From the IMG/VR virus record IMGVR_UViG_3300031760_004705, positions 24,424-88,423 of that record: a stretch of 64,000 nt of DNA, one strand, 5' to 3'. The stretch comes from a virus. Its lineage: Duplodnaviria; Caudoviricetes. Position 1 is the stretch's first letter. Every line of letters begins with the position of its first letter. Position numbers and translations under genes: made by a program. The notes under the pieces are model-generated. The model worked only from the letters and a program-made list of their open reading frames with translations. It was not told where the DNA came from and did not search any database. Shown piece by piece: positions 1-10,383 of the stretch.

Positions 1-204
1 AGTATTGGAGTTATTGACTCTACTTATTGCGGAGATAATGACATTTGGATGTTTCCTGCTCATGCAACTAAAACAATAACAATTCCCGCAGGAACACGTA
101 TTTGTCAATTCCGAATCCAAAAGGAACAACCTAAAATTACATTTAATAAAGTTGAGACTCTTGGAGAGAAAGACCGCGGCGGGCTAGGGAGCTCTGGTCT
201 ATAA
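1..204 (+). CDS. dut: dUTPase, C-terminal part (5' truncated by window)
   Basis: Frame 1 reads SIGVIDSTYCGDNDIWMFPA...RICQFRIQK...DRGGLGSSGL*. Matches trimeric dUTPase motif III (GVIDSxY.G) and motif V (RGGxGSSG). Confidence 0.9.
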   Translation, partial: SIGVIDSTYCGDNDIWMFPAHATKTITIPAGTRICQFRIQKEQPKITFNKVETLGEKDRGGLGSSGL

Positions 205-698
205 TGCGGCGAACATTAGCATTAGATCAAGCTAGTCGTGTCACTGGCTGAGCTATTTACGATAATAAGAATTTAGTTACAAGTGGTCATTTTTCAATTG
301 CCGCAAATAAAACTATGCAACAAAGATTGTTATCTTTTATTGATCATTTAAATGAATTAATTGATAAATATAATGTAGAAAAAATTTATTATGAAGGTAT
401 TCAATATCAAAATAATATTGAAACATATAAAAAATTAGCATATATTCAAGCTATGATTATATATAATACTACTGTTCATAATTTGCCTATCTTAGAATTA
501 ACTCCATCACATTGAAGAAGTCTTATTAAAGATAAACATGGAGTTAAATTTGGTCGTTCACGAACTGAACAAAAACAAAAAGCACAAGAATTTGTAAAAG
601 AACATTTTAATATTAACGCTACTGAAGATGAAGCAGATGCGATTTGTTTGGGGTACGCAGGAATATTAGAGGACGAAAAAAATAAATCTGCTTTTTAA
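204..698 (+). CDS. ruvC: RuvC-like Holliday junction resolvase (164 aa, 2 in-frame TGA=Trp)
   Basis: MRRTLALDQASRVTG(W)AIYD...IYYEGIQ...TPSH(W)RS...TEDEADAICLG. Acidic catalytic D/E/D/D motifs of RuvC. ATG overlaps the dut stop (TAATG). Confidence 0.9.
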
Positions 699-705
699 AG
701 CTAAT

Positions 706-750
706 AAAAAAGAGGGGTATACTCGTAAGAGTATACCCCTTATTTTATTT
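706..750. terminator. Bidirectional intrinsic terminator between convergent ruvC and endolysin
   Basis: Perfect 12-bp stem AGGGGTATACTC-gtaa-GAGTATACCCCT (713-740), with an A-tract on the left and a T-rich tract on the right. Confidence 0.88.
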
Positions 751-2301
751 TCAAGGATTATTCTTAGAATTAAGAGACTTTTGTAATCCTTTAACTGAAT
801 TAGGACCAAAATAACCATCAGCACCATCTGGGCCAACACTAAACTTATGTTTAATTAAAAATTCTTGAATCTTCTTAGAAGTATCTGGTCCCCAATATCC
901 ATCTACATCTGCACCGACTTTCTTTTGAATTGCTTTCACTAAAGCAGATCCAGTGCGTTCTCATGTAACAGATACAATACCTTTAAAATATTCTTGATTA
1001 CCTTTAAGCTGACCAGAGATAACACCATCTACAGGTGTTCCTAAAGATTTCTGTCAAGCTTTGATTGTTTCATATCCACCAATACCATCTACTGCAAGTT
1101 TAGTAGAGGTTGTAGTCTTATTAGTGGTGGTAGAACTAGAAGTAGTTGTTTTAGCTCCGCCCGTAGTAGCACCTTGATAACGAAGAATGCAATCCCATCC
1201 ATGACTATAGGTATAAATATTCTTTACATTAGTCTCATTACCAGACTGGTCACCGGTTTGGCCACCAGTTGCGCGACCACGTTCATCAATAGATGCCTGA
1301 GCAATTTTAGCGTTTCAACCATTTCCAGAAATAACTGCGGCAGTATGGTAATTGTCATTTAATAGAATATCACCGGGCTGTGCTTTAGATAAATCTGCGG
1401 GAATACGTTTCCATCCTCGAGCTGTAAGATTACTAGACATATTACCAGTATAACTTGCGCTTCCAGTATCAAATCCAGCCTTCTTTAAAGCTCAAATTAC
1501 AAGGGAAGAACAATCACATTCTCCACCATCATAAATATTTTGACGCTGATATTGGTCATATCCAAGAGATCATACAGCACATGCAGTATACATTCATTCA
1601 CAAAACTTAGTAAGTTTATCTGAATCTTTAACTCTCTGTTCATTCTTATCATTCTCTAATTTATTTTGTTTAGCTTTAATACGAGAAGGATAATTAATAA
1701 CACATCAATTAAAATCTGTACAACCAGATACGTCATCATAATATAAAGCACCATCAGTTAAACGTTTAGTGCCTTGTTGTCACATACCAATGTCACCCGC
1801 GGCAGTTGGTCAATCACGCTGCCATCAAGCAATTCAATTAGCATATTCATCTAATTCATCTTTGTTAACATTATTTAATCAAGCAGAACCCTGTATATAG
1901 AGTCCCGCATAATATCCAGCTTTAATAAGAGTATCGCAGAAAGTTTTAATTATTGCAGTTAGTGTGCTCTTGGATAATTTAAATTGACGAGGATCTTCTA
2001 CATCCATATAGATGGGCATATCAAAATCATGTCCTTTAAGTAATCCAATAATATGCTCTGCATCTTTCTTTGCTTCAGCTACAGAGGTGCATACAGTATA
2101 ATAATACGCTCCAACATGTAGACCTGCGGCTTTAGCTTTTTTGTAATTAGTTTCGTATTGAGAATCGGTATAACGACCTAATTTAGTTTCATTACCACCA
2201 CATTTAACAATTACGCCTCATAGATTATGTTTTTTTATCCATAAGGCGTAATTTACATTACCGTCTCAATGAGAAACATCAATAACGGCTTTACGTTCCA
2301 T
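745..2301 (-). CDS. Endolysin, 518 aa: GH25 muramidase + NlpC/P60-like (Amidase_5-type) Cys-His peptidase + peptidoglycan-binding repeats
   Basis: Table-4 translation: AVIDVSHWDG...GLHVGAYYY...PIYMDVED...GMWQ...DFNW (GH25); LGYDQ...ECDCSSLVIWALKKAGF...YHTAAV (Cys/His dyad); VDGIGG..TIKAWQ and VDGYWGPDT..IQ repeats. AGGAG RBS. 15 TGA and 5 TGG codons. Confidence 0.92.
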
Positions 2302-2303
2302 TT

Positions 2304-2660
2304 TTACTCCTTTGTGAAATGTTTTCCTTGAAGGAAGTCATCTGTATCATCTACAGAATCGCCATATTGAATTTCTGGAATAGCCATTGCATCTGCATAT
2401 GTTGCAGGAAGGCCAATCATATTCTTAAATGCTTCGTACATACCAGTAGAAGCAAGACCACTAATCATACCAGTAACGATAGTTGGTAAGTCTAAAGTTC
2501 CAAAACTTCAAACAGCAGCTGCAACTCCAAGAATTGCAGAAATAATAGGAATAAAACTATTTAAAATTTTATTGTGTAAAGTATGTAAGGTATATCCAAT
2601 ACCTAAGCACGCAATTAAAATAATTGGTGATATATAATTAGTTATAGTTGAGAGGTCCAT
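2304..2660 (-). CDS. Holin, 118 aa (1 TGA)
   Basis: Three hydrophobic segments, IVTGMISGLASTGLYEAFK motif typical of Gram-positive phage holins, acidic C-tail. Lies immediately upstream of the endolysin. Confidence 0.8.
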
Positions 2661-2663
2661 AAA

Positions 2664-2861
2664 CTACTCCTCTTCTGGTAAATCTTCTTCCTCTTCTACG
2701 GGAGTGATATATCCTTCTTCTTCAAGCTCTAGAAGCATCTGTGCACGCTGAGTGTCAGAAAGTTTAGGATAAGAATCAATTACATCAACAGCATTTTCAC
2801 CATGCTTGATTCGAAGAATAACAGCTTTTTTAATAATCTTATAAGCAACAGCAGTTACCAT
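2664..2861 (-). CDS. Small hypothetical protein (65 aa), XkdX-like position before the lysis genes
   Basis: ORF track, RBS, tight packing between neighbours. Function inferred from position only. Confidence 0.6.
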   Translation of the reverse strand: MVTAVAYKIIKKAVILRIKHGENAVDVIDSYPKLSDTQRAQMLLELEEEGYITPVEEEEDLPEEE

Positions 2862-2881
2862 AATTATTACCTACCTTTCAT

Positions 2882-3391
2882 TTATAATGGAATTGATACA
2901 GTTGGATTTTGTAATATGTAAGCAGAAGCTCTAAAATAATAATTACTAGAAGTACTAGTCATAGGCTCTGATGTCTGTCAGTATAAATTAGGCGTTAATG
3001 GAGTTGAATCAGTATATGCAGTTCCTCCATGTAAATATGCTCTATCTGTTGTTTTACCTGTTGATATATCTATTTCAAAAATAGGAGCTACTATATCTGT
3101 ACCAGTAGCTATCGTGACTGTTTGATTTGCAGTTGTTGGTTGGCTAATCTTTAATATAATAAAAAACATACCTAAACAATTTCATCTTGCAAAACGAATT
3201 AAAGAAGGAGTAATACCAGAAGAAAAATTAAAAAATGTATTTGTTATACCAGTATCACTATTTTCATTAAAAAGAACAAAATCATTTTTATCTTGTATGT
3301 TATTTAATTTATCTCGAGCAATAGCATCACATATATCATACGTAGTATCCCCTACTTGAATTTGAGAAATTTTATTTGTATTTTCAGCCAT
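2882..3391 (-). CDS. Accessory tail/fibre protein with shared N-terminal tag (169 aa, 2 TGA)
   Basis: Joins ORFs 3182..3400 and 2978..3169 through TGA. Starts MAENTNKISQIQVGDTTYDICD. Confidence 0.7.
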
Positions 3392-3516
3392 TTTATTCAA
3401 TCCTTCCTATGTATGGCGGCATCGTTCCATATATATTTAACATAGGCATTATTTTCTCCTTTTCTTTCTTTAGTTTTAATCTAAATCAAATTCTTTATTC
3501 TTAATGTTGAAATAAA

Positions 3517-4077
3517 TTAAATTTCTTCTTCGGCTCCACCTAAGAGATCGGCCATAACAAGTAGAATATCATCAAGAGTTTCTTGATTTTCTGCAACTCT
3601 ATCTTCAATATCACTACCAGCGAGTTCTGCTACGACTTCAAATAAATCATTAGTGTCAGATTCTATTGTATTAAGTCGTTCAGGACCTTTTGCTAAAAAG
3701 ACATTATCAGCTAATTCTTTTTCTGTATAAAGAATATAGCGAAGAATAATCTCTTCTTCTTCATATGCTTCAACTTTAGGTTGATCAATTACATATCGAA
3801 TAGAAGCACTTTTTATTTGAATAGAAGGATCTTCTTTACTAGGGAGATATTTGAAAGCACCCGTTGTTTCATTGATTATTTTAATGCGAGGATCATTTTC
3901 TTTTAAGAAAAGAGTTTCTCCTGTATTTAATTCAAGATAACTAACAAAATAATGACCTTTTTCAGGAACCATTTCATGATAATGAATAATTTTTTCTTTT
4001 TCTAAGTGACCCAAATTTAAATCGGGATCAAAAATTTCATTTCCTTCATTATCTAAAATTCGATATTGATTATCCAT
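3517..4077 (-). CDS. Putative tail fibre assembly/chaperone protein (186 aa), paralog of 5678..6205
   Basis: YRILDNEGNEIFDPDLNLGHL...QETLDDILLVMADLLGG aligns with the 5678..6205 product. Confidence 0.6.
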   Translation of the reverse strand: MDNQYRILDNEGNEIFDPDLNLGHLEKEKIIHYHEMVPEKGHYFVSYLELNTGETLFLKENDPRIKIINETTGAFKYLPSKEDPSIQIKSASIRYVIDQPKVEAYEEEEIILRYILYTEKELADNVFLAKGPERLNTIESDTNDLFEVVAELAGSDIEDRVAENQETLDDILLVMADLLGGAEEEI

Positions 4078-4110
4078 TGGAACTATTAACTCCTCTCTTT
4101 TGCTTTAATA

Positions 4111-4659
4111 TTAATCATCAGAAATATCAACTACTCTAGCAGTTGTCTTTCATAAAAGCATTCTAGCTCTTATTTGAAATGAATTAGGAGTTATTGTAGT
4201 AGATCTTAAATTATAAAAAGATAACACACATCCTCCACCAGTGGATCCTGATTCTGATGCATTGGCCATTTCTGTTAATACTAAATCTGTAGGTGTACCT
4301 TCAATACCTACCACTCCTAATTGATGATATCCCTTTTTTAAATATTCGTCTTGAATATTTTTTGTATGATCCGAACTTAAAGTTCTTAAAGTAATACTGC
4401 TTGTTGTTTTACTAGGAAAATGAGTAGAACTAGAATAATTACAAACTCTAACTCATTTAAAAAGAGTCTGATTTACGGTACCTGTAAGATTGCCTATAGT
4501 AGCAGCATTAGTAGTTGCTGTATCAAGAGCTTCTGTTGCTTTGTCAAAAGTATCTGATATTGCCTCATTTAATTGTACCATACTTGCACGAGCTCCTGCA
4601 TCTTGTATATCGTAGGTTGTATTACCCACTTTAATTTGTGAAATCGTTGGATTAGCCAT
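4111..4659 (-). CDS. Accessory tail/fibre protein with shared N-terminal tag (182 aa)
   Basis: MANPTISQIKVGNTTYDIQD..., reads through TGA at 4453 to TAA at 4111. Confidence 0.7.
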
Positions 4660-4662
4660 AAA

Positions 4663-5658
4663 TTAATAACCTCCTTCAATTAATATTAATTTTGTAGTGC
4701 CAGAAACGATACTACCATCATTAGTTGAATTAATTACTAATTTATAACTTGAAATATCTGGAGTATCAACTGTAGTATCAAGATTAGTTATACTATTATT
4801 ATTTTTATCATATCTATATAATTTTTCAATACGATCAATTACATGATTATGAGGAATGGTAAAATTAAATCTATGTAAATCAGCATGTTTAAAATATAAT
4901 ACATGCGCACTTGAAGTATCTTCTAAATAATTTTCTAAATCACTACTATAAGCAATAATACTGCCTTCTCTTGGAGGATTATCTCCTATAATTAGTTGAT
5001 CTTTTAAATAGGATACTTCAATGATTTGTATAGGATCTAATCTAGAATCTTCATTACCATCAATTAAATAATCTGAATTTTTAACTTGATTTTGTAAAAA
5101 TTCTAGTCTAGATGGACACCCTGTTTGAATTGCATTACTATATTGTGCCACGTCTTCTGTTGCATCAAGTAAATTTTTAAGATAAGTTTTTCAAAAAGAT
5201 TCTACTAATCTTGCAACAGAACTTATTTTAGATGTGGTAATTATTTGATTCCAATTATATTGATATCACTTTGATCAAGCAAGATCTTTATTTATTGCAT
5301 AAATTATATAAGTAACTCCTGCATCATTATATTCTAATGTATGTCATATTTGAATAACAAGATTATTATTTAATGTTATATATGTAGTATATTCTTCAAA
5401 ATTTGAACTTAATTTATAACCAGTATAATCTTCTACATGAGTTCCACCCATATCTAGCAAATATTCTCCCCTATCTTCCTCTACGGGAATTATATTACTA
5501 TTTATAGTATACATAGGATTATTATTTTCATCAACAAGTAAATCTAAATCTAATAAAGCATCATTATTTTCACTTGGAGACGTAATTCCAAACCAAGTAG
5601 GAATATGTAATCTTGGGAGGGGTAAATCCCCTAATTGTTCATATGGAGTTGCTGTCAT
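4663..5658 (-). CDS. Hypothetical virion-associated protein (331 aa, 4 TGA)
   Basis: ORFs 5344..5673 and 4663..5151 are in frame and linked by TGA-containing sequence (IQI-W-HTLE...LA-W-SK-W-YQ...SF-W-KTYL). Confidence 0.7.
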
Positions 5659-5677
5659 TTTTACCCCTCTCAATTAT

Positions 5678-6205
5678 TTATTCTTCTGATCCACCTAATA
5701 AATCAGCTATAACTAATAATAAATCTTCAATTGTTTCTTGAGCTTCAGCTAACGATGTGGGACCATTAGCTAAAAATTCTTTATCTGAAAGTTCTTTTTC
5801 TGTATAAGGAACATATCTATAAAAAGTTTTTATTTCATCTCATGCGGGAACTAGAACGTTATCAATTACAGGAGCAATAGTTTGACCAACAATAGTTCGT
5901 TCTGGTTCACCATCTAGGGATTGATAATTAAAAATTCCCTTTTGACTATCAATAATTTTAACATGAGGATCATTTTCATTTTCAACTTTATAAACTTCTC
6001 CATCAGTAAATCTAAAAGAGACAACTTTATAATGTCATTGTTCTGGAATAGATTCGTGATGAATATTAAATTCTTCTTTTCTAAGATAGCCAAGTTTAAG
6101 ATCTGGATCAGTAATTTCTTGGTTATCTTGATCTAAAATTGGATACTCATATGAAAAACCAGTGTCTTCTACTGATTCAATATTTTCTTCTAAGAGCTCG
6201 TCCAT
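5678..6205 (-). CDS. Putative tail fibre assembly/chaperone protein (175 aa), absent from the standard-code track
   Basis: MDELLEEN...YPILDQDNQEITDPDLKLGYL...QETIEDLLLVIADLLGGSEE*. Paralog of 3517..4077, with a strong RBS. Confidence 0.7.
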
Positions 6206-6224
6206 TTATAGCTCCTTTCCTTAA

Positions 6225-6725
6225 CTATCCTAAAACTATAAAAGCTTCTCTACTTCATGTATTAGCACCATCAATACTATATTCATTTGTTGCTAAATTT
6301 CTAATAAATAAATTCGTTTGAAAACCAGAACTATGAGTAATATACGTAACCATTACTGTATTTACAGTATGTCATCCTAATGTTCCTAATCAAACACCTT
6401 CCGTACTTTCTTCGTAATCTTCATCAAGAAGGTATCCCGAACCTGGTGGATAACATGCGACTTGTCTTTGTACCCCTATTAAACCTGCAGTAGATACTCC
6501 TGGAAGAGGTGTAACTCCTGATGCAAGAAATTTATTAACAGATATTTTAAAATTATTTAATCTGGTAATAGCAGTATCACTTTTTGTTTTTGCATTAGAA
6601 GCATTAGTTCTAATTGTAGACAAATCAGAAATAGTATTTTGTTTTCCAGCAAGAGAAGCTCGTGCAGTAACATCATGTATATTATAAACATTTTCACTTA
6701 TTTGAAGTTGTTTAATATATGGCAT
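6225..6725 (-). CDS. Accessory fibre protein, tagged paralog (166 aa)
   Basis: MPYIKQLQISENVYNIHD..AGKQNTISDLSTIR. Reads through TGA at 6390 to TAG at 6225. Confidence 0.7.
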
Positions 6726-6739
6726 TTTACTTCTCCTTT

Positions 6740-7210
6740 TTATCCTAATTTAATATAAACATCTTTACTATTAGCATCACCTATTGCTACTGTTACTGTT
6801 CCAGTTCCGACTTTTCTTGAATAAAGTATTGTATTACCGCCAGAATAATATACTCTTTGTACAATAAGAGAAGCAGCGCCAGGATTAAAACCAGTAGCTC
6901 CTAAAAAAGTATATCCAGATGGAGCTGTTTTATCATCTAAAGTTATAGTTTTTGCAGTTCCCAATCGTCCTGCAGCTGGACCTGCAGCAAAAGTTACTTG
7001 AGCACTATTTTTTGCAGCTTTATAGGTTATATCAAAATTATTTAATCTATTAATTGCAGTTGTAGCATTTGTAGCTCCAGTAGAAGCATTACTTCTAATT
7101 GTAGATAAATCAGAGATAGTATTTTGTTTTCCAGCAAGACTTGTACGACTGTCAGCGTCACAGATATCATATACTGTATTACCTATTTGAAGTTGTTTAA
7201 CATCTGCCAT
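6740..7210 (-). CDS. Accessory fibre protein, tagged paralog (156 aa)
   Basis: ORF track. MADVKQLQIGNTVYDICD..AGKQNTISDLSTIR. Confidence 0.75.
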   Translation of the reverse strand: MADVKQLQIGNTVYDICDADSRTSLAGKQNTISDLSTIRSNASTGATNATTAINRLNNFDITYKAAKNSAQVTFAAGPAAGRLGTAKTITLDDKTAPSGYTFLGATGFNPGAASLIVQRVYYSGGNTILYSRKVGTGTVTVAIGDANSKDVYIKLG

Positions 7211-7224
7211 AATTCATCTCCTTT

Positions 7225-7695
7225 TTATCCCTTTTTAAAATATACATCTCTACAACTTGCATCACCTATTGCTACTGTTACAGCAGATGTAGTCATATTT
7301 CTACCATTTATATAACTAATACCGGCTAAATGATTTAACTTTGTAGTAATTATTGCTGGCGATCCAGGATATCATCCAGCAGTTCCTAAAAACTTATGCC
7401 CAGAAGGCGCGGTTTTAGTACTCATTGTTAATCTACTTTCAGCGCCTAATGCTCCTTGAGCACTAGAAGCAGCAAAAGTGATTTTACTTGCATTTGTTGC
7501 TGTTACGGCACTAAAACTAAAATTACCAATTCTAGTAATTGCTGTTGCTGCTTGAGTTTTACCTGTAGAAGCATTTGATCTAATCGTAGATAAATCAGAG
7601 ATAGTATTTTGTTTTCCTGAAAGACCTGATTGAACAGTGGCATCACAAAGATAATAATTCATATCACCTATTTTAATTACTTGAATATCTGCCAT
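7225..7695 (-). CDS. Accessory fibre protein, tagged paralog (156 aa)
   Basis: MADIQVIKIGDMNYYLCD..SGKQNTISDLSTIR. Reads through TGA at 7372 and ends VTVAIGDA..DVYFKKG like 6740..7210. Confidence 0.75.
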
Positions 7696-7704
7696 TTTAA
7701 CTCC

Positions 7705-8481
7705 TTATGAAATGCCAGTAACAACAGTTTTTTTAGTAACTCCGGTTACAACAGTTTTCTTTGAAATATTTGGAATTGTAAAAGCAGTACCCAAAGTTGG
7801 AGCAGATCCAACAGAAGTAACATTTGGAATAGATTTTGCAGTATAAGATAAACTTGGCAATGTACCAACTGCAGTCACATTTGGAATTGACTTTGCTGTA
7901 TAAGATAAACTTGGTAAAGTTCCAACTGCTGTAACATTTGGAATTGATTTTGCACTATATGATAAACTTGCAGCTGTGCCTGCAGTTACGGTAGCAGAAG
8001 CTCCATTTGTAACCTGGTCTTCTCCACCATTTAAAACATATTCAGGGAAAATTACTCTTTCATTTGTTGAATCATAAGTAATCTGTACTGCATTAACACC
8101 AGAGACTACTGTATTTGGAGTTACTGCAGTTGGGGTATTTGTAGTTCAACCTGTAATGTCATCCGCAGGGATTGCCGTTCCTAATGTTGGTAATGTACCT
8201 GCACTCCATGCAGTAATATCATCTGCAGGAATCGCAGTTCCAAGAGTTGGTAATGTACCTGCAGATCATGCTGTAATATCATCTGCGGGAATTGCTGTAC
8301 CTAAAGTTGGAGCAGAACCTACAGATGTAACATTCGGTACTGTAAAAGCTGTACCAACTGTGACTGAATCGCCAGTAGTTACAGTAACAGAATCTCCTGT
8401 AGATACTGTACCATGTATTGCACTTGAATCTTTAATATTATAGGTAGTGCTACCTAATTTTATTTTTGAAACATCAGCCAA
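7705..8481 (-). CDS. Thr-rich fibre protein with 20-aa internal repeats, tagged (258 aa, TTG start)
   Basis: MADVSKIKLGSTTYNIKD, then repeats PTLGTAIPADDITAWSAGT and VPNVTAVGTLPSLSYTAKSI. Confidence 0.75.
7800..8345 (-). repeat. Coding 60-nt tandem repeats (two blocks, about 7800-7990 and 8150-8345)
   Basis: 60-nt periodicity is visible in the DNA and encodes the 20-aa units of CDS 7705..8481. Confidence 0.8.
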
Positions 8482-8494
8482 TTAATCTCACCAC

Positions 8495-9067
8495 CTAAAT
8501 ATTCATTGTTATTGTATCACTTGCATAAGTGAATAAATTCTTTCAAGAAGGACTTCAATCTGTTGCTTTGTGTCCTTTTTCTAATTTTACATTTTTTATA
8601 GTAACAGTGGTTCCCGCAGTTGTATTACCACTTGCACCTAATCTTCCAGCAATACAATTTTTTAATGCGGCTGCACCACTATTAAAAGTTCATGTTACTC
8701 AATATTTTTTATATTCAGTTGTTAAAGTAAAGGTAGAATTACCATCAGAAGATGTTCCTGTAATACCTTGATTATTAACACAAGAAGCATTTTGAACAAT
8801 ACCAGATGCGTTATTATAAAAATAAGAAATCATTTTTGTATTTGCTACAGATGCTTTTGCTTCAAAAGACAAAGTTCAAACATCATTAGGTTGAACCGTT
8901 GCAATATTACTTCAAACTTTAAAATCAGAATAACCAGAAGAAGGTACTGTTCCAGTAAATTCACCTTTCGAAGCAGGTAAATAATTGTATCCACCTCATT
9001 TAGAAAATCTATCAACAATAGAATAAGTAGTACCATTAGTACCTTTAATAGCTTTAATATCTGCCAT
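8495..9067 (-). CDS. Tagged carbohydrate-binding-module-like tail protein (190 aa)
   Basis: MADIKAIKGTNGTTYSIVD...GGYNYL...KLEKGHKATDWSPS. The C-terminal motif is typical of CBM/galactose-binding-like domains of siphophage tail proteins. Several TGA. Confidence 0.7.
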
Positions 9068-9082
9068 ATGTACTACTCCTTT

Positions 9083-9736
9083 CTATTGGAAAAATGTAAT
9101 CGTCTCATTAGCATAAGTTGCTAGGTCATAATAAGATGGAGTTCAGTCTGTAGGTTTATTGCCTTTTTCTAATTTTGCATGAGCAAAACGGCAAGTTAAA
9201 CCAGTACTATTTCCAGTCACGCACATGCCAATTAAAAATTCTCAATCAAGTTTAGCACTACTGCTTGGTTGGAATGTGAAACGATATTGTGTTCAAGTAT
9301 TAGCTGGAATAGAAACATTATTTTGTGAAGTTCATCCAGTATATCCAGCTGTTGCAGACCCATTTCTTCAACCAGTATGCATATGTGCAGTTGTTGCAAG
9401 GCTAGACTTTAATCAGCAAGTAAAAGTATAAATCTCTCCAGCTTCAATTGCCCCAGGTTTGGAACATCAAGAACATCCTCTATTTCCTGTACCTGTATCA
9501 TTATTAAGAACTAAAGAATTACTACTATTATCATATTCCTCTAAAGTAAATAATGAAATGGGCGAATTATATCCAGCAGTCTGTCCAAAAGTAAATGCAG
9601 CAGACATTGTAGTTGCTGGAAGTACATAATTATTAGTAGCACCTAAGAGATTTTCATTTCCAAAAGTAGAAACTTTATCTTGTAAATCATAAGTGACATT
9701 ATTTAGTCCTTTAATCTGTGAAATTAAATCTGCCAT
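9083..9736 (-). CDS. Tagged carbohydrate-binding-module-like tail protein (217 aa)
   Basis: MADLISQIKGLNNVTYDLQD..GNENLL...AKLEKGNKPTDWTPS. Reads through multiple TGA. Confidence 0.7.
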
Positions 9737-9744
9737 AATGTCAC

Positions 9745-10365
9745 CTACTCACTATATAATTCAATTGTTTCGTTACCAATAAATTTTGCAATATCTTCTG
9801 GCGCAGGACTTCAATCAGTTGGTTTATTACCTTTTTCTACTTTAACTTTTGCCATTCAAATTTCATCTGCGGTAGTTGTATTGCTACCAATCATTAAATT
9901 AAATCCTACACAATTTGCAGGAGCAGTGTATACAGGTGAAACATAATGGGCAGAAGTAGTAGTTAAAGCTGGAGAAAATCAAACCTGAGAAATAATACTA
10001 CCAGAAGAATTCATTCAATGTATTCCCGCACAACATTTTTGGCCAGCCGTTTTAGCATATGCATCAAAAGATACTATAATTTGATCTCCTTCTGCAACAT
10101 CCCCATATCCTCCACGGTGAACAGAATTTTGAGAATAGCCTTGATATTGAGTTGTGGTTGAAACAATGTGCATATAATTAATTCCATTAATTGTTACAAC
10201 TTCTCTAGTAGTAGGACTTCCTCAATTTACTCAAGGTGCAGGTGGAGTAGCACTTAAAAATCTAGTATTATAAACAAGATTGCGGCCGCCCCATATAGAA
10301 TAATCGTCTCTGATATTGTAATTAACATTATCAGAGGTGGCTTTTATCTGAGAAATAACTGCCAT
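9745..10365 (-). CDS. Tagged carbohydrate-binding-module-like tail protein (206 aa), absent from the standard-code track
   Basis: MAVISQIKATSDNVNYNIRD..GGRNLV...KVKVEKGNKPTDWSPAPED. Confidence 0.72.
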
Positions 10366-10383
10366 TTAAAAGCCACCACCTTT

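Noticed and set aside
7800-8345. CRISPR-like array
   Set aside because: The 60-nt units are contiguous, in-frame coding repeats without unique spacers. No cas genes are present.
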